This document shows, piece by piece, positions 22,808-34,779 of a stretch of DNA of 64,000 bases (position 1 is its first letter; each line of letters starts with the position of its first letter). A program made the translations under genes and the position numbers. The notes beneath the pieces are model-generated. The model saw nothing but the letters and a program-made list of their open reading frames with translations. It was not told where the DNA came from and did no database searches. Source of the DNA: Blastocystis sp. ATCC 50177/Nand II (lineage: Eukaryota); assembly GCA_039096935.1 (NCBI GenBank), contig JBBPEE010000035.1, positions 124,001-188,000 of the forward strand, read 5' to 3'.

Positions 22808-23822
22808 CTATTCCATAGTCGCCTCAGCGCCCAGCTCCTTCAGCTTCGCCACAAGAGCCTACACATCAGCAGAAAGGACCACCACCACCTCAGCCTCCTT
22901 CTTGGGCATGTTCTCCTTCAGCATGGCAGGAACGCTCTCCACCAGCGTCTTGCTCTCCTTCAGGCCCAGGTTCAGAATGCCTCTCACCTCTTTGATAATC
23001 TACGCCTTACGCACTTCTCAAACCGCCACTTTAATCTTGTTCTTTGCGTCGAACTTCACCAGCTTCACGTTCACCGCCTTCTTCTCCTTCTTCTCCTCCT
23101 TCTTCTCGCCAGCAGCAGCACCCGCAGCAGCACCCGCAGCGGGAGCGCCAGCAGCAGGAGCAGCGCCAGCAGCGGCCATGGGCACGGCCATCACATCGGG
23201 CAGACCGAGACGCTCCTATTCCTCAGGAAATTTACATTCCGCAACCTTCATCACTCGCACGAACTGGCCAACCTGCACAAAGTTGAGAGCGAGCACTTCA
23301 TCAACCAGCTGCGGATGAAACCGGAGAGACAAGCCCCACCTTCAGCACCTTCTCTTCCACGGGCTGCTTGCCCTTCGAGTCCACGGCCTTCGTCTGGAAA
23401 GTCGTCTCCTTGCCATCGGCGCCCTTCACGGTGGTGAAGCACTCCTCCTTCTACGCCGTCAGCACGAGCACCTTGTCCACAACCTTTGTGACTTGGGCCT
23501 CAGGCTCCTTCTTCTCCGTAGCGGCCTTGGCTTGTGTAGCCTCCTTCGCTCTCTCCTCTTTCACTTTTGCAGCGGCCTCTTTGACCTTCTTTTTAATCTC
23601 CTCTCCGTTCTGCTTCTAGGCGCATAACCAACGAAATCTCAGCTCCCACGGCCTTTGCCTCCGTCGAGAAGAAGGACTGCGCCACCGGTGCATAAACGGC
23701 CCGCGAAATGGAGGGCTGAGCGACCACACGACGAGACGCCGCTGAACTACAGATCACTTGCCGTTCGCCAAACCGCACGAAAGAATGCGTATACAGCTCT
23801 GTATCGGTTGCTTTGCGAACAT
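22808..23822 (-). CDS. MRPL12: Mitochondrial ribosomal protein L7/L12 (bL12m, multi-exon)
   Basis: Presequence [23 protein letters not shown]..., Ala/Pro hinge, [47 protein letters not shown]. Confidence 0.9.
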
Positions 23823-23934
23823 TCTCTTCTACCTCTTGCGCTTAATCTGCGCAAATCGCGGTCCTTGTTGGGAGCGAAACTCCTTCTGGAAATGGCCCCG
23901 ATTTTTGCCGCCGCTCTGAAAACAAACAGCTCCC

Positions 23935-25301
23935 TCATCCACGATATTCAAAGTACCCAGTGGCGTCGTTACGCTTGGAGAGACTCTCGAACACGTCCTT
24001 CGCCTCCTTCGAGTTTTGATTGTACCACTTCGCCAAATCGGGATTCTTGGAGAGCTCCACACTCACCAGCTGAAGCATCTGCGCGATGCGGATCTTGTTG
24101 CCGTTGCGCAGGAACAGGGTGATGAACTACGCCTCAGCCATCTCCACCTCCCTCACCATTTGCTTGAGGAGCGACTTCTCCTTATTGGCATCGTCCTCCT
24201 CGCTCCTCTCCTCCTCCTCCATGTCGAGGCTGTCCGACATGGAGTCGGACGACGAGTACGATTCCGAATCGTCGATCGGGCTGTTCGACTTCTCCTTCTT
24301 CCCGTTGTCCTCCTCCTCGTCGTCCTCGCTCTACCCCTCACGCCCCGCACCCGGACCCACCGCCTCGTCCACCCACTTGGAGGACTCCTCCTGCGCGTAC
24401 TTCGTCTGGTCGAACACCTCGTGGTCGCTCTCGTCCGAGAACACCGCGCCGTCCACCTCCTCGTCCGACACGCCCATGCCGCCCTCCTCCATCTACGCCT
24501 CACCACGCCGCCTCGTGTCCACGTGAAGTTCCTTGAAGTCCGGCGCGTCGTCCGCCTCCTCGTCGTCTTCTTTGCGTTCCCGCTTGCGGCTCTTCTTCAT
24601 CGACAGCTCGTCCTCCTCCCCATCGAACCCCTTCTCCACCTGCTTGAACTGCGTCTCCACCTCCTTTCCCAGCTGCGTGCCCTTCAGCTGATTCATGATC
24701 GCCTACTCCTCAACCAATCGGCAGCGTCGCTACGTCCGTAGCGAGGTGGATCGCGTCCTTCTGCGACTCCAAACCGACGGACGTGCTCTCCTTTTCGCTC
24801 TTCCGAATGAGGTCGCTCTCGCGCTTGCAGATCACTCGGCAGTTGTACACACCCTTTATCTTCTGCACAAAGTACACGGGGTGGCTGCACTTTCCCTGGC
24901 AGGTCGGATTGCAGTTGCAGCCGCGACGAAGTGCGTCTTCGCATTACGAATCAGCTGCAAATCCACAGTAATGTGTTTTGATATCGCTCTTTTCGGCCTG
25001 GATAAAGGTCCTGTTGTCATTGTTGTACACGGAGATTGTGTCGACAGTCGCCTGCTTCGTCGGCTTGTAGACGTGATTTCTATGCGATGAGAATAGAATC
25101 GAGCGGTAATGGCTACAAATAGAGATTATCGTCCTTCTCCTTCTTGAACAGCTCCGACTCCTTCTTGGACGGGAACGACCGCGGGTCCAGCATCAACACC
25201 ACCTCCTCCGCCGACTTCTTCACCAACGCAAAGGGCTTGTACCTTCGGTTCTGGGTCGCAGAGGCAATGGACTCCGCGTCGGACTGCTGCGATTTCTGCA
25301 T
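23935..25301 (-). CDS. Hypothetical protein with a Cys cluster (GCNCNPTCQGKCSHP) and a long acidic region
   Basis: GC3-rich exons joined by ~30-37 nt introns; ends GYFEYRG* followed by TGTTTGTT at 23928-23921. Confidence 0.6.
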
Positions 25302-25368
25302 CCTTTACCACAACAAAGACGAAGGATAGATTTCTTTCTCTTTTCCGTTTTTCCAGGAGGAATCGTAG

Positions 25369-26611
25369 ATGGTGCAACCAGTCCCCACGGAAGGCTATGA
25401 CGGTAGGGAGGAGGCAGCAACGCTCTCACTCCGTAGAAGGATGGGAAACCCCGCCAACTGTGCCCTCTTCCAGTCAGCATGTCTCTTCTCTTCGTTGCTG
25501 TCATGGATAGGAGCACGGCGAAGAACAATCGGAGGAAGGGACCTCGAGAGGAAGCGACCTGTGCAGGCGCGCGGGAAAGTGCGTGAGATGCGCCTTTATG
25601 AGCTCCGTTTGCGCGTTTCTGTGTATCGTCATGTTTGCTCTGTACAGTCTGTTCCAAATCGCAAATTATCCCGTACTCGCACTTCGCTTCATCGTTATTC
25701 CTAGGCCAGTGGCGTAAGAACCGTTCAGGATGAGAACGGCAACGTGTACATGGAAGATGACGGAGATGGGGTGGGGCTGTCTTTCCGCATTGATCCATAG
25801 TTTGATCTGTTTGATCTGTTCGGCATGAGAGAGCACATCCAGGAAGTGCCCATTGACTTGTCTCTGGAGCAAATCTATGCTGGTTATTCGACAGAAGTTC
25901 ATGACGAAATTCCATTTTACGTGTAGTATCCGCTGAGTGTGAATCGAGCGTGTCCCAGCTGCGGAGGCCAGGGAGGCCACACGCACCACTGCCCCTACTG
26001 CGGTGGCTCAGGGATGATACGAACCCCGCGCGGAATGGCCTAGTTTGTTAGTCCTTTTGGAATTCACGATCAGCTGTCCCCACTGCCAGGGCCACGGTGT
26101 CATCATGTCGGGAGTCTGCGAGATGTGCCACGGAACGGGAGTGATCGCGAAGGACTTCTCCGTCCCCATCGCCATTCCGCCCGGCGCTCCGGACAAGTGG
26201 AGCCACGTGTACAAGCTGAACGATGGCAGCAAAGTGCGGTTCCGCGTTCATCAGCTGCCTCATTCTTCTTTTGAACGACAAGACGCTGATTTGGTGATGC
26301 ACATTCATCTCTCTTTGAAGGAGGTGGGAATGCGGGGAGAGTGTGAGGAATAGGCCTTGCTGGGAACGACAATACCGATTACCACCATCGACAAGCAGGA
26401 ACTACAGGTTGCCATTCCTCCGTGCTCCGTGCAGCCGTTTGGGACCATTCGGAAGGCGGGGTACGGGTTACCTCGGTATGAGAAGAATGCAGTGAATGGG
26501 ATTACCAATTTGTTCAAGGGAAAGCGAGGGGATCTGCTGCTTATCGTGGATATCGATTTCCCGGATGCGTTGGATGATGATCAGCGTGGTGCGATTCAGA
26601 CCTTGTTTTAA
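25369..26611 (+). CDS. DnaJ-like protein (zinc finger plus C-terminal domain) with an N-terminal TM segment and no visible J domain
   Basis: Four CxxCxGxG repeats, LSLEQIYAG, FERQDADL, LSLKE|ALLG, RGDLLLIVDIDFP; TAA 26609-26611, TGTTTGTT 26617-26624. Confidence 0.75.
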
Positions 26612-26763
26612 TGTCCTGTTTGTTTCAAATTGCACTGTCAATCAGGGCCACTACACAGTTTCACCGGGTAAAGTTGCTAGCACTGGACTTCGCTGACTGA
26701 AGTTTGACAGCTGACCCTAACTGACTTTTTCAGTCAATTTTGTTCTGGAACAATTAACAACTG

Positions 26764-29700
26764 ATGCAGTCTAAGCGTTTGGGCCAAATTACTGGAATTG
26801 TGTCAGGTGTTCTGCCGCATTTGTTGAAGCAGGACGAGCCTTGTGGTAATGACCATCTCCCTCGCTTTAATTGTAGCCATTTGCTATGAAAGAGAGCCGA
26901 ATATCAATTTGGATAGCTGCACCCATCGTTTCTGCGAAGCCTGCGTTTCTGACTTAATCAGCAATGTACGGGATCGAAAGCATGACTTTCCATTAGAAGA
27001 AAACATTCTGTCCAGTGTGTCGCACCAGTTTCTGCAGTTACGTAAGAGATGACGTACTCTTCACTCTCACTGTGTTTTATGTGTAGCAGTACCTGTTCTT
27101 CATCATGGACGTTATTCAGGGAGATTCATCTGTACTGCTTGGGAAAACACGACTCATCAGTAGACGACCATACAGAGGATTCGAAAGTACAAGCTCTTTT
27201 CTAGGGTCCGTGTTTGGGATCATGTGTAACGATTAGAGTGCTCAACGGTTGTGTATTCTCTTTGCTAGCCTGATTCATGCCTCGGATAGTGTTTGTGCTG
27301 AGTCGAACTGTCATGGATAGGTGTACAATATTACTATAAATGCTATTGCTAACTATAATCCTACGGTCCGGTATGAAGAGCGGGAATCATCCCTAGGAGT
27401 TGCTAGAGATGTTGGACCAGATCACCAATGAGAATGAACTAATGGAGGACCGCGACCTGGTCCAATTCGTGAATGTGAAGGCCAAGGTGATCGAGAGAGA
27501 CCACGTCTTCTACATCGGGTCCTTTTCGGAAGACCTGTCCTTCAGCGAGCACGCAACTGCCCACTACCCCAACGGCATTTCCATCACCGGTCGCTTCGAG
27601 GACCACCAGCCCGCGGGTCCCTGCGAGATCGTCTTCGGCGCCACGGGCATCACCGAGACCGTGCTGTTCAGCAAGGGCCACCGGACCGGCAAGGCGACCG
27701 TGACCTACCCCAGCGGTCTGGCGGTCGAGAAGACGCTGACGGACTTCACGCCGTTCCTCTTCCAGTCCGTCATCCCCTACGGCCGCAACTTCTACAACCA
27801 CAGCGTCCTCGCCTTCCCCTGCGGCACGCCCACCGTGCACGCCATCTCGCGCGGCGCGGCGACCTTCCCCGCGGGTGGGAACCTGAGCTGGCTGCTGCGG
27901 TACTTCGACACGCAGCAGTCCGCCATGAACGTGAACCTGTCCGCGGCGGAGCTCCTCAGCCTGGGCGACCACCTGCCGCGCTGCATCCGCGAGCACCAGA
28001 GGCTAAGGGTGGTGTGTGCGGGCTCGAAAGGTGCTGAAGGTGAGAAGAATGAGAATGGAATGGAGTGTGAGAAGAATGATGGAATGGAGTGTGAGAAGAA
28101 TGATGGAATGGAGTGTGAGAAGAAGGAGAATGGAATGCAATATGAGAAGAATAATGGAATGGGTTGTGAGAAGGAGAATGATGGAATGGAATGCGAGAAG
28201 AAGGAGAATGCAATGGAGGGTGAAAAGAATGATGAATTGGAATATGAGAAGAAGGAGAATGCAATGGAATGTGAGACAGCGCCGGGCAGCTCGGGCAAGG
28301 ACTCGCCGCAACTGGATCCGCACGAGCGCGCCGCAGCGCCGATGACAGAGGAGGACTTCTTGGCCTCTTCCGACTTCTACCGCGTGACGAGCGCCATGCT
28401 GTGCTGGGACCACGTGATCGCGCGGAACCGCCTCAACTACTCGCTGCCCGAGATCCCCTCTCTGCACGGCATCAACCGCACGCTCATCAAGTCCATCGCG
28501 CGCTGTCGCAGTCCCGTGAGCCTCACACCCAAGCAGAAGGAGGTCTGCAAAGTGGTGATGGACGTGCTCGACTACGCTCAGGACTTCGACGACCTCACGC
28601 TGGTGGCGTGGGCGGAGGACGCGCTGGACCTGGGTGGCCACACGCTGTTCGCCAAGCTGCGGACGCTGACGCTGAAGAGTGGGCGTCGGGCGGATGACTG
28701 ATGCGTAGCCTGCTTCCTGCTGAAGCAAGTGAAGTTCGCCGCGCTGCCGAAGCTGCGCACGCTGGTTCTGCGAGGTGCTGGCGCTGGCGTTGTGTGAGCC
28801 ATAGAGGTCGAGGTGGCCTCGCTGGAGATCGCAGAGCCGCTGCCGAGCTGCACCACCTGCCTCATCGAGAGTGCGTCCGTCCTGCGAGGATCACCTCTAG
28901 ACTGCGCCTCGCTCGCTTCCGTCACCGTCGCCGCTGGCTGTCTCCCCAAGTGCTGTCATCTCACCGTGACCCGTTGTCGCACCACGGCGGAATCACTCCT
29001 AGACTGCGCGAATCTCGCCACACTCACACTGGCCGACGACAACATGACGGGCACCGCGCAGGGCAGTCTGGAACTCAACGACCTGAACAGGCTGGCCGTC
29101 ATCCACGTGGGCCAGCGCGCCTGCACCTGCGTGGAGCGTCTGGAGCTGCGTGGGTGTCCGCGCGGCGCGTCACGCCTAGGCATTTCCTCGCTGCGCGAAT
29201 TAGTCGTTGGCGCCAGTTCCTTCGCCAACACCTCAATGCTGTCTCTGACCTGTGAGTGCCATCAAACCGTGTCACACGCAGATTTGCCCGCACTGGCTTC
29301 CTTCCGCGTCAAGGACAAGGCCTTCTCCAACACCTCGCTCGCCGTGTTCTGTACGCCCGCCTCCCTCGCCTCACCCACAGACCCGCTGACGCAGCTGGCC
29401 GAGTTCTCCGTCGGCCAGCAATGCTTCACCAACACCACACTCCTCCTCCCCATGAGTACGCCCCACGCCTCCGCCTCACGCACAGAGTTCCCCAGCGTCA
29501 CCTCCTTCGTCATCGGCGACCACTCCTTCGAGAACGCGCGTCTCGGACCCTTCTGTGGCTCCGTCCTCGAGCCGCCCGACGCCGTGCCGCCTCCCGCCCC
29601 GTCCGCCGTTGAGCCAGCGAGTGCAATCACCGCTCCCGAAGCAACAGCAAATGCCACAGGTGCCACAGACACTACAAAACCTGCAGGGACGGAGCGGCTG

Positions 29701-30332
29701 AGCGAGGAGGAGGCGACGGCGGTGGTGAGCAACCCGCTGAGGAGTCTGCGAGAGCTGCGCATCGGCGAGGGCTGCTTCTTCTGCACCGTGGTTCTCTTCG
29801 TCCACAGTACGCCTGCGCCGTGTGACTGAGCACTAGACCTGCCCGCGCTCGAGACCGTGACGCTCGGCAAGGGCTCCTTCCACGACGCTGTCACCCTCAA
29901 CCTGTCGTGTAGGCATGGCGGGGGCGTTTCATCGTAGTTCTTCCGGAACTGAAGCACGTGTGTTGCGATTTTTCCGAGAACTTCTCGTTGGCGATGTTCC
30001 GTGTCTTCAGTGAGCGCTGTGGGGTGTTGTGATGCGTAGGAGTTCCTAAGCTTCAATACTTGAGTGACATTAATGGCAATCGAACGAAGACCTTTGAATT
30101 CCCCGCACTAGTTACCTTCCTTTATAGATGTCGCAGTACGCCCCAAAAATCATCCCTAGATGTTTCTCCCAGTCTGGTCGAGCAGGCGCGGAGAGAAAGA
30201 GTAATCACCAACAAGCACCCCAATTCGTTCTTCCAGGACAATGAATACAAGGGTCACTGTATCCATGAGATGAACGACATTACGAATGACTACCTAAAGA
30301 AGCAGAAGAGCGACTATGCCCCAAACCCTTAA
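26764..30332 (+). CDS. RING-finger + MORN-like + BspA-like LRR protein (multi-exon)
   Basis: Spliced DEPC|AICYE...CTHRFCEAC...|FCPVCR (C3HC4 RING); MORN-like hairpins 27500-27740; LRR units (LRELVVGASSFAN, LRELRIGEGCF); TAA 30330-30332. Confidence 0.7.
28042..28275 (+). repeat. 21/24-nt coding tandem repeat (EKNDGMEC-like, about 10 units)
   Basis: gagaagaatgatggaatggagtgt and variants; purine-rich insert within a GC-rich exon. Confidence 0.9.
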
Positions 30333-30474
30333 CCCTTTCTCTTTTCTCCGTGCCGTGTACTATTCCGTAATGTCCTTGTTTGTTGCACCCTCTTCCTTCC
30401 GCTGCGTTCTCTTCCTTTCTCCTTCCCCTCATCCACCCTCACTCTCATAGGTGCACCCCAAAGCAAACAAGCAA

Positions 30475-30547
30475 GCCCGTCTAGCTCAGTCGGTAGAGCG
30501 CCAGGCTCTTAACCTGGTGGTCGGGGGTTCGAGCCCCCCGGTGGGCG
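30475..30547 (+). tRNA. tRNA-Lys (anticodon CTT)
   Basis: GCCCGTC acceptor, TAGCTCAGTCGGTAGAGC D arm, CCAGG-CT-CTT-AA-CCTGG anticodon arm, GGTTCGAGCCC T arm, downstream T-runs (Pol III terminator). Confidence 0.97.
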
Positions 30548-30731
30548 ATTCCTTTTTCTCTTTTTCACTCCCGTTTCTTTTTCCAATCACTTGCAGAAGC
30601 ATAGGAAGAAAGCCATTCTCCCTGCAAAACGACTTGTACAGGTTTCAAAACAATTGAGCCACCCCTTCAATAATCCACGCCTCTCCAAACAAACACACAA
30701 AAGCGCACAGTAGAACCCTTCAAGAGCCCCA

Positions 30732-32207
30732 TTAGTTCTTGCTATTGTACTTGGGATGGATCATGTCCTCGGGCACAAGGAGCTTCTTCACCTCCTCCTC
30801 GGTGCAGAGACCCAGCTCCACCAGCACCTGACCCACGGACTTGCCGCTCTCCAGCGCCATCTTCGCGGCCTTCGTGCAGTTCTTGTAGCCGATGTAGGGC
30901 AGCAGGCAGGTCACGATGCCGATCGAGTTGTGCACCATCATCTTCGTGTGCTCGGGGTTGGCGGTGATCATGTCCACGCACAGCTCGCGCAGGATGCGGA
31001 ACGCGCGCGTGAAGTAGTGGATGCTGTTGAAGCAGTTGTAGATGATCGTCGGCTCCATCACGTTCAGCTCCAGCTGGCCCGCCTCCGACGCCATCGTGCA
31101 CGCCGTGTCCGCGCCGATGATCTGGAAGCACGTCTGGTTCACCACCTCGGGAATCACCGGGTTCACCTTGCCGGGCATGATCGAGCTGCCCGGAGCGCGA
31201 GGCGGCAGGTTGATCTCGTGGAGGCCGCAGCGAGGACCGGAGCCCATCAGACGCAGGTCGTTGCAGATCTGCGACAGACGCGCCGCCGTCACCTTCAGCG
31301 CCGCATGGAAGTTCAGCATGCCGTAGGTGTTCGAGGACGCGCTGATCATGTCGGGCGCGATCTTCATGTCGAAGCCCGTCACCTCGCACAGCGCCTTGCA
31401 CGCCTCCTCGGGGAACTGCGGGTGCGCAGCAGCGCCCGTGCCGATGGCCGTGCCGCCCAGGTTCTGCACCTTCAGCGGCTCCGCGGCGGCCTTGATCAGC
31501 GCCAGCGACTCGCGCAGTGTGGAGGCGTACGCATGGAACTCCTGGCCCAGCGTCATGGGCACGGCATCCTGCAGCTGCGTGCGACCCATCTTCAGCACGT
31601 CCTTGAACTCCACCGCCTTCTTCTCGAAGGCCTCGATCAGCTTCTCCAGCTCCGCCACCAGCTCGAAGTGGTCCAGGTACATGCCCAGCTTGCCCGAGCT
31701 CGGGTACGTGTCGTTCGTCGACTGGCACTTGTTGATGTGGTCGTTCGGGCTCACGATCGTGTACTCGCCCTTGTTCTTGCCCAGGATCTCCAGAGCGCGG
31801 TTCGCGATCACCTCGTTCGCGTTCATGTTCGTGGAGGTACCCGCACCACCCTGGATCATGTCCACGATGAAGGAGCTGTCCAGCTTGCCCTCGATCACGT
31901 CGTCGCAAGCAGCGGACACGGCGTCCACGACCTCCTTGTTGATCAAGCCCAGGCGGCCGTTGGCAATGATGCAAGCCTTCTTGATCATACCGAAGGCCTT
32001 GATGAAGTTGCGGTAGCTGGAAAGACGCACACCGGTGATGTTGTAGTTGTACAGGCCGCGCAGAGACTGCACGCCGTAGTACGCGTCCTTGGGAACCTTG
32101 ATCTCGCCCAGGAGATCAGATTCGGTACGGAACTCCTTGGCCTCAAGGACCTCCTTAAGCGCAGAAGAATTCAAATCAGCGTCATACTGAGACAGCAGTG
32201 GGAACAT
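30732..32207 (-). CDS. aspA: Aspartate ammonia-lyase (aspartase), intronless
   Basis: RTESDLLGE..VPKDAYYGVQSLR, QGGAGTSTNMNANEVIANRA, QSTND, KMGRTQLQDAVP, GSSIMPGKVNPVIPEVVNQ, GQLELNVMEP. Confidence 0.93.
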   Translation of the reverse strand: MFPLLSQYDADLNSSALKEVLEAKEFRTESDLLGEIKVPKDAYYGVQSLRGLYNYNITGVRLSSYRNFIKAFGMIKKACIIANGRLGLINKEVVDAVSAACDDVIEGKLDSSFIVDMIQGGAGTSTNMNANEVIANRALEILGKNKGEYTIVSPNDHINKCQSTNDTYPSSGKLGMYLDHFELVAELEKLIEAFEKKAVEFKDVLKMGRTQLQDAVPMTLGQEFHAYASTLRESLALIKAAAEPLKVQNLGGTAIGTGAAAHPQFPEEACKALCEVTGFDMKIAPDMISASSNTYGMLNFHAALKVTAARLSQICNDLRLMGSGPRCGLHEINLPPRAPGSSIMPGKVNPVIPEVVNQTCFQIIGADTACTMASEAGQLELNVMEPTIIYNCFNSIHYFTRAFRILRELCVDMITANPEHTKMMVHNSIGIVTCLLPYIGYKNCTKAAKMALESGKSVGQVLVELGLCTEEEVKKLLVPEDMIHPKYNSKN

Positions 32208-32600
32208 GATTGTGTTGAAATTACGGTTGATAAATAAAGAATTGTGTCTGTTCTTATGACAAAAAGGAGAACCGTGGAAAGAATGGAGTTTCAATTCCAC
32301 AGTTCGGGCTTCGGATGTGTTCTTCTCAACAATTGATTTCATGGGAATGCGCTGGTGGAGTGGAGTGTGATTCATCTCACCTTGGATCTCTCCTTCTGAA
32401 ATGATGGGGATCTTTCTCAATGTCTTCTATCCACTCCATGCTATTCAGCAACACACGTAGAAGAGGATTTGAGGAACAATAACGTGGATGGACAGATGGC
32501 GGTCTCTCCCAAGGGAAGCCACACGGCTATTATAAGCACACTCTTTTCATCCTGTTGCACACACAAATCCAAGAGACCCGCCACATTCTCTTTTCCTCTC

Positions 32601-33954
32601 ATGGCTTGCAAGCTCCGTGACAAGGCGATCGAACTCTTCAAGGAGAGCTTCAACGACAGACCCTCCGTGTACGCGTATGCTCCCGGCCGTGTGAACTTCA
32701 TCGGCGAGCACACGGACTACTGCGAGGGCTTTGTATGCCCTCTCGCAATCCACTACGGAACGGCAGTGGTCGGAAAGCTCGTGCCCGGCAATGTTCTCAG
32801 TAACCAACCCTCATAACTTCTAGACGTGCCGTGTGGTTTCGGCCAACATGGAGGGCATGTGCGAGTTCAAGGGAGACAGTTCGCTGACCCGTGACGAGTC
32901 GGGCAGTTGGGTGAACTATGTGGCCGTAGTCCCTATCTCCAGTGATTAATAATAGGGCGTCGTCTACGAATTCATTACTCGCTTCGGCAAGAAGGAGGTG
33001 GGCTTCGACATGGCGATTGCGGCGGATGTGCCCATTGGCAGCGGGCTCAGCAGCTCCGCGTCGCTGGAGGTTGCGGTGTCCGTGTTCCTGGAGCAGATCC
33101 TGTGCGTGGCGCTTTCCCCGGAGGATCGCGCGCTGCTGTGCCAGTCGGCGGAGCACACCTTCCCCCGCATGCCGTGCGGCATCATGGACCAGTTCATCTC
33201 GTCGTGCGCAGTGAAGGGCAATCTGCTGCTGATCGACTGCCGCGCGAACAAGGGCGAGCTGGTGCCGATGGCGGACCCGTCGGTGTCGATCATCGTGTGC
33301 AACAGCAACAAGAAGCACCAGCTGACGGGCAGCGAGTACCCCGACCGCGTGGCGCAGTGCAAGCAGGCGCTGGTGCTGCTGCAGGCGAAGTACCCCGAGG
33401 TGCACGCGCTGCGCGACGCGTCGGTGGAGCAGGTGGAGGCGCTGAAGGAGGCGATGGGCGACGTGGTGTACCGCCGCGCGCTGCACGTGGTGTCGGAGTG
33501 CCAGCGATGCCTGGCGTGCAAGGAGGCGTTGGAGCGTCGCGACTACGAGAAGGTGGGTCTGTTGCTGTACCAGAGCCACGCGTCGCTGCGTGACAACTTC
33601 GAGGTGAGCACGCCCGAGATCGACATCCTCGTGGAGATCGCGTCCGAGCAGGACGGCGTGTTCGGCGCGCGCATCACCGGCGGTGGCTTCGGCGGGTGCG
33701 TGGTGTGCTTCGTGCAGAGCGACAAGGCAGAGGCGGTGATGCGCGCGATGGAGACGGAGTACAAGGCGCGCACGGGCATCGAGTGCTCCGCCTTCATCAC
33801 CTCGCCCGAGCAGGGCGCGCGCGTGATGAACGGGTTCGAGGTGGACGAGGAGCCCTCGCAGGCGATCAGCGTGGTGAAGAGACCTTTGTTCTGGTTCACG
33901 CTGGGAATGGTCGTTCTGGGCGGGGCCTTCCTCATTATGCGCAGAAGACGTTAG
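32601..33954 (+). CDS. GALK: Galactokinase with a C-terminal transmembrane tail (3 exons)
   Basis: APGRVNFIGEHTDY, PIGSGLSSSAS, CGIMDQF, LLIDCR, GARITGGGFGGC; tail PLFWFTLGMVVLGGAFLIMRRRR*. Confidence 0.92.
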
Positions 33955-34001
33955 TCTGTTTCTCCTTTTCTTTGCTGTTGCTTCGGAACAAACAATCGCC
34001 A

Positions 34002-34698
34002 TTACGCGAAGGGCGCATTTTTGTACTTCTTGAACTCCTTTTCCGCCTTCGCCGCGTCGAAGTCCTCCGCCAACTTCAGCTCGTCCCTGAGATAAGGCAT
34101 GGTGCAGGCCCGTTCGCCCTCCGCCTCCGTCAGCGCCTTCATTTGTTCCTTGATGGCTGTAGTCCACATGCTCTTCAGCTGGTGGCAGTTGTACTTCAGC
34201 AGATTGTTCACCGTGGGAGCCGTCTTCATGTCGCGCGTGTCCGCGATCTGGCCAATGTCACCGCCGTGAATGCACACAAAAACGCCTGGGAATCCCGGGA
34301 GCTCCATGTAGTGTTTGTCTTCCTACGAATGGGACAAAGTCGGCAGCATGACTTGCAATTTTTCGCGCTGTTCCTTCAAATCTGCGGGAAGCTTGCTGTC
34401 GTCGGGCCATTTCATGCAATAATTCCACCTGCAGTGAAGGGGGAGAAAAGAACCCTACCGAACGAGTACCCGCTTCACCACTTCATGCTTTTTTATACAA
34501 CCCTCGGGGAATGAGTACCGAGTCGGAATCTACGCGAATCACAACAGCAGCAATGCAGCCCACTCGCACCGTTCCCCTATATCGATAGTTCTTTTCTGTG
34601 TTCACTTTCGCCACTACACGTCATTCCTCAGCCTTCCAGGCTCTACCTTTCTGGTTCGATCCCTTATCCTTTTTGGACGACGATTCCTTTGTAACCAT
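34002..34698 (-). CDS. Hypothetical protein (multi-exon)
   Basis: Spliced ...VVKRVLVR|WNYCMKWP...YMELPGFPGVFVC...KYKNAPFA*; TGTTTGTT at 33994-33987. Confidence 0.6.
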
Positions 34699-34779
34699 CT
34701 CGTGAAATGGTGCCAGCTGCTTGAAACGGGGCTGTGACCGAAATCGGCCGTATTTTCTCCAATTCATTTCTCGCTTAGG

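Noticed and set aside
23935..25301. Possible MAK16 or other nucleolar protein suggested by the acidic tail
   Set aside because: The spliced N-terminal sequence lacks MAK16 motifs; left as hypothetical.
28042..28275. Periodic repeat resembling a repeat-spacer array
   Set aside because: Units are 21/24-nt codon multiples inside an exon, with no unique spacers and no cas genes.
30742..32237. Long overlapping or antisense ORFs (410 and 493 aa; similar ones at 37239-39230 and 48873-50789)
   Set aside because: Shadow ORFs caused by strong GC3 bias of the real genes; no recognisable domains.
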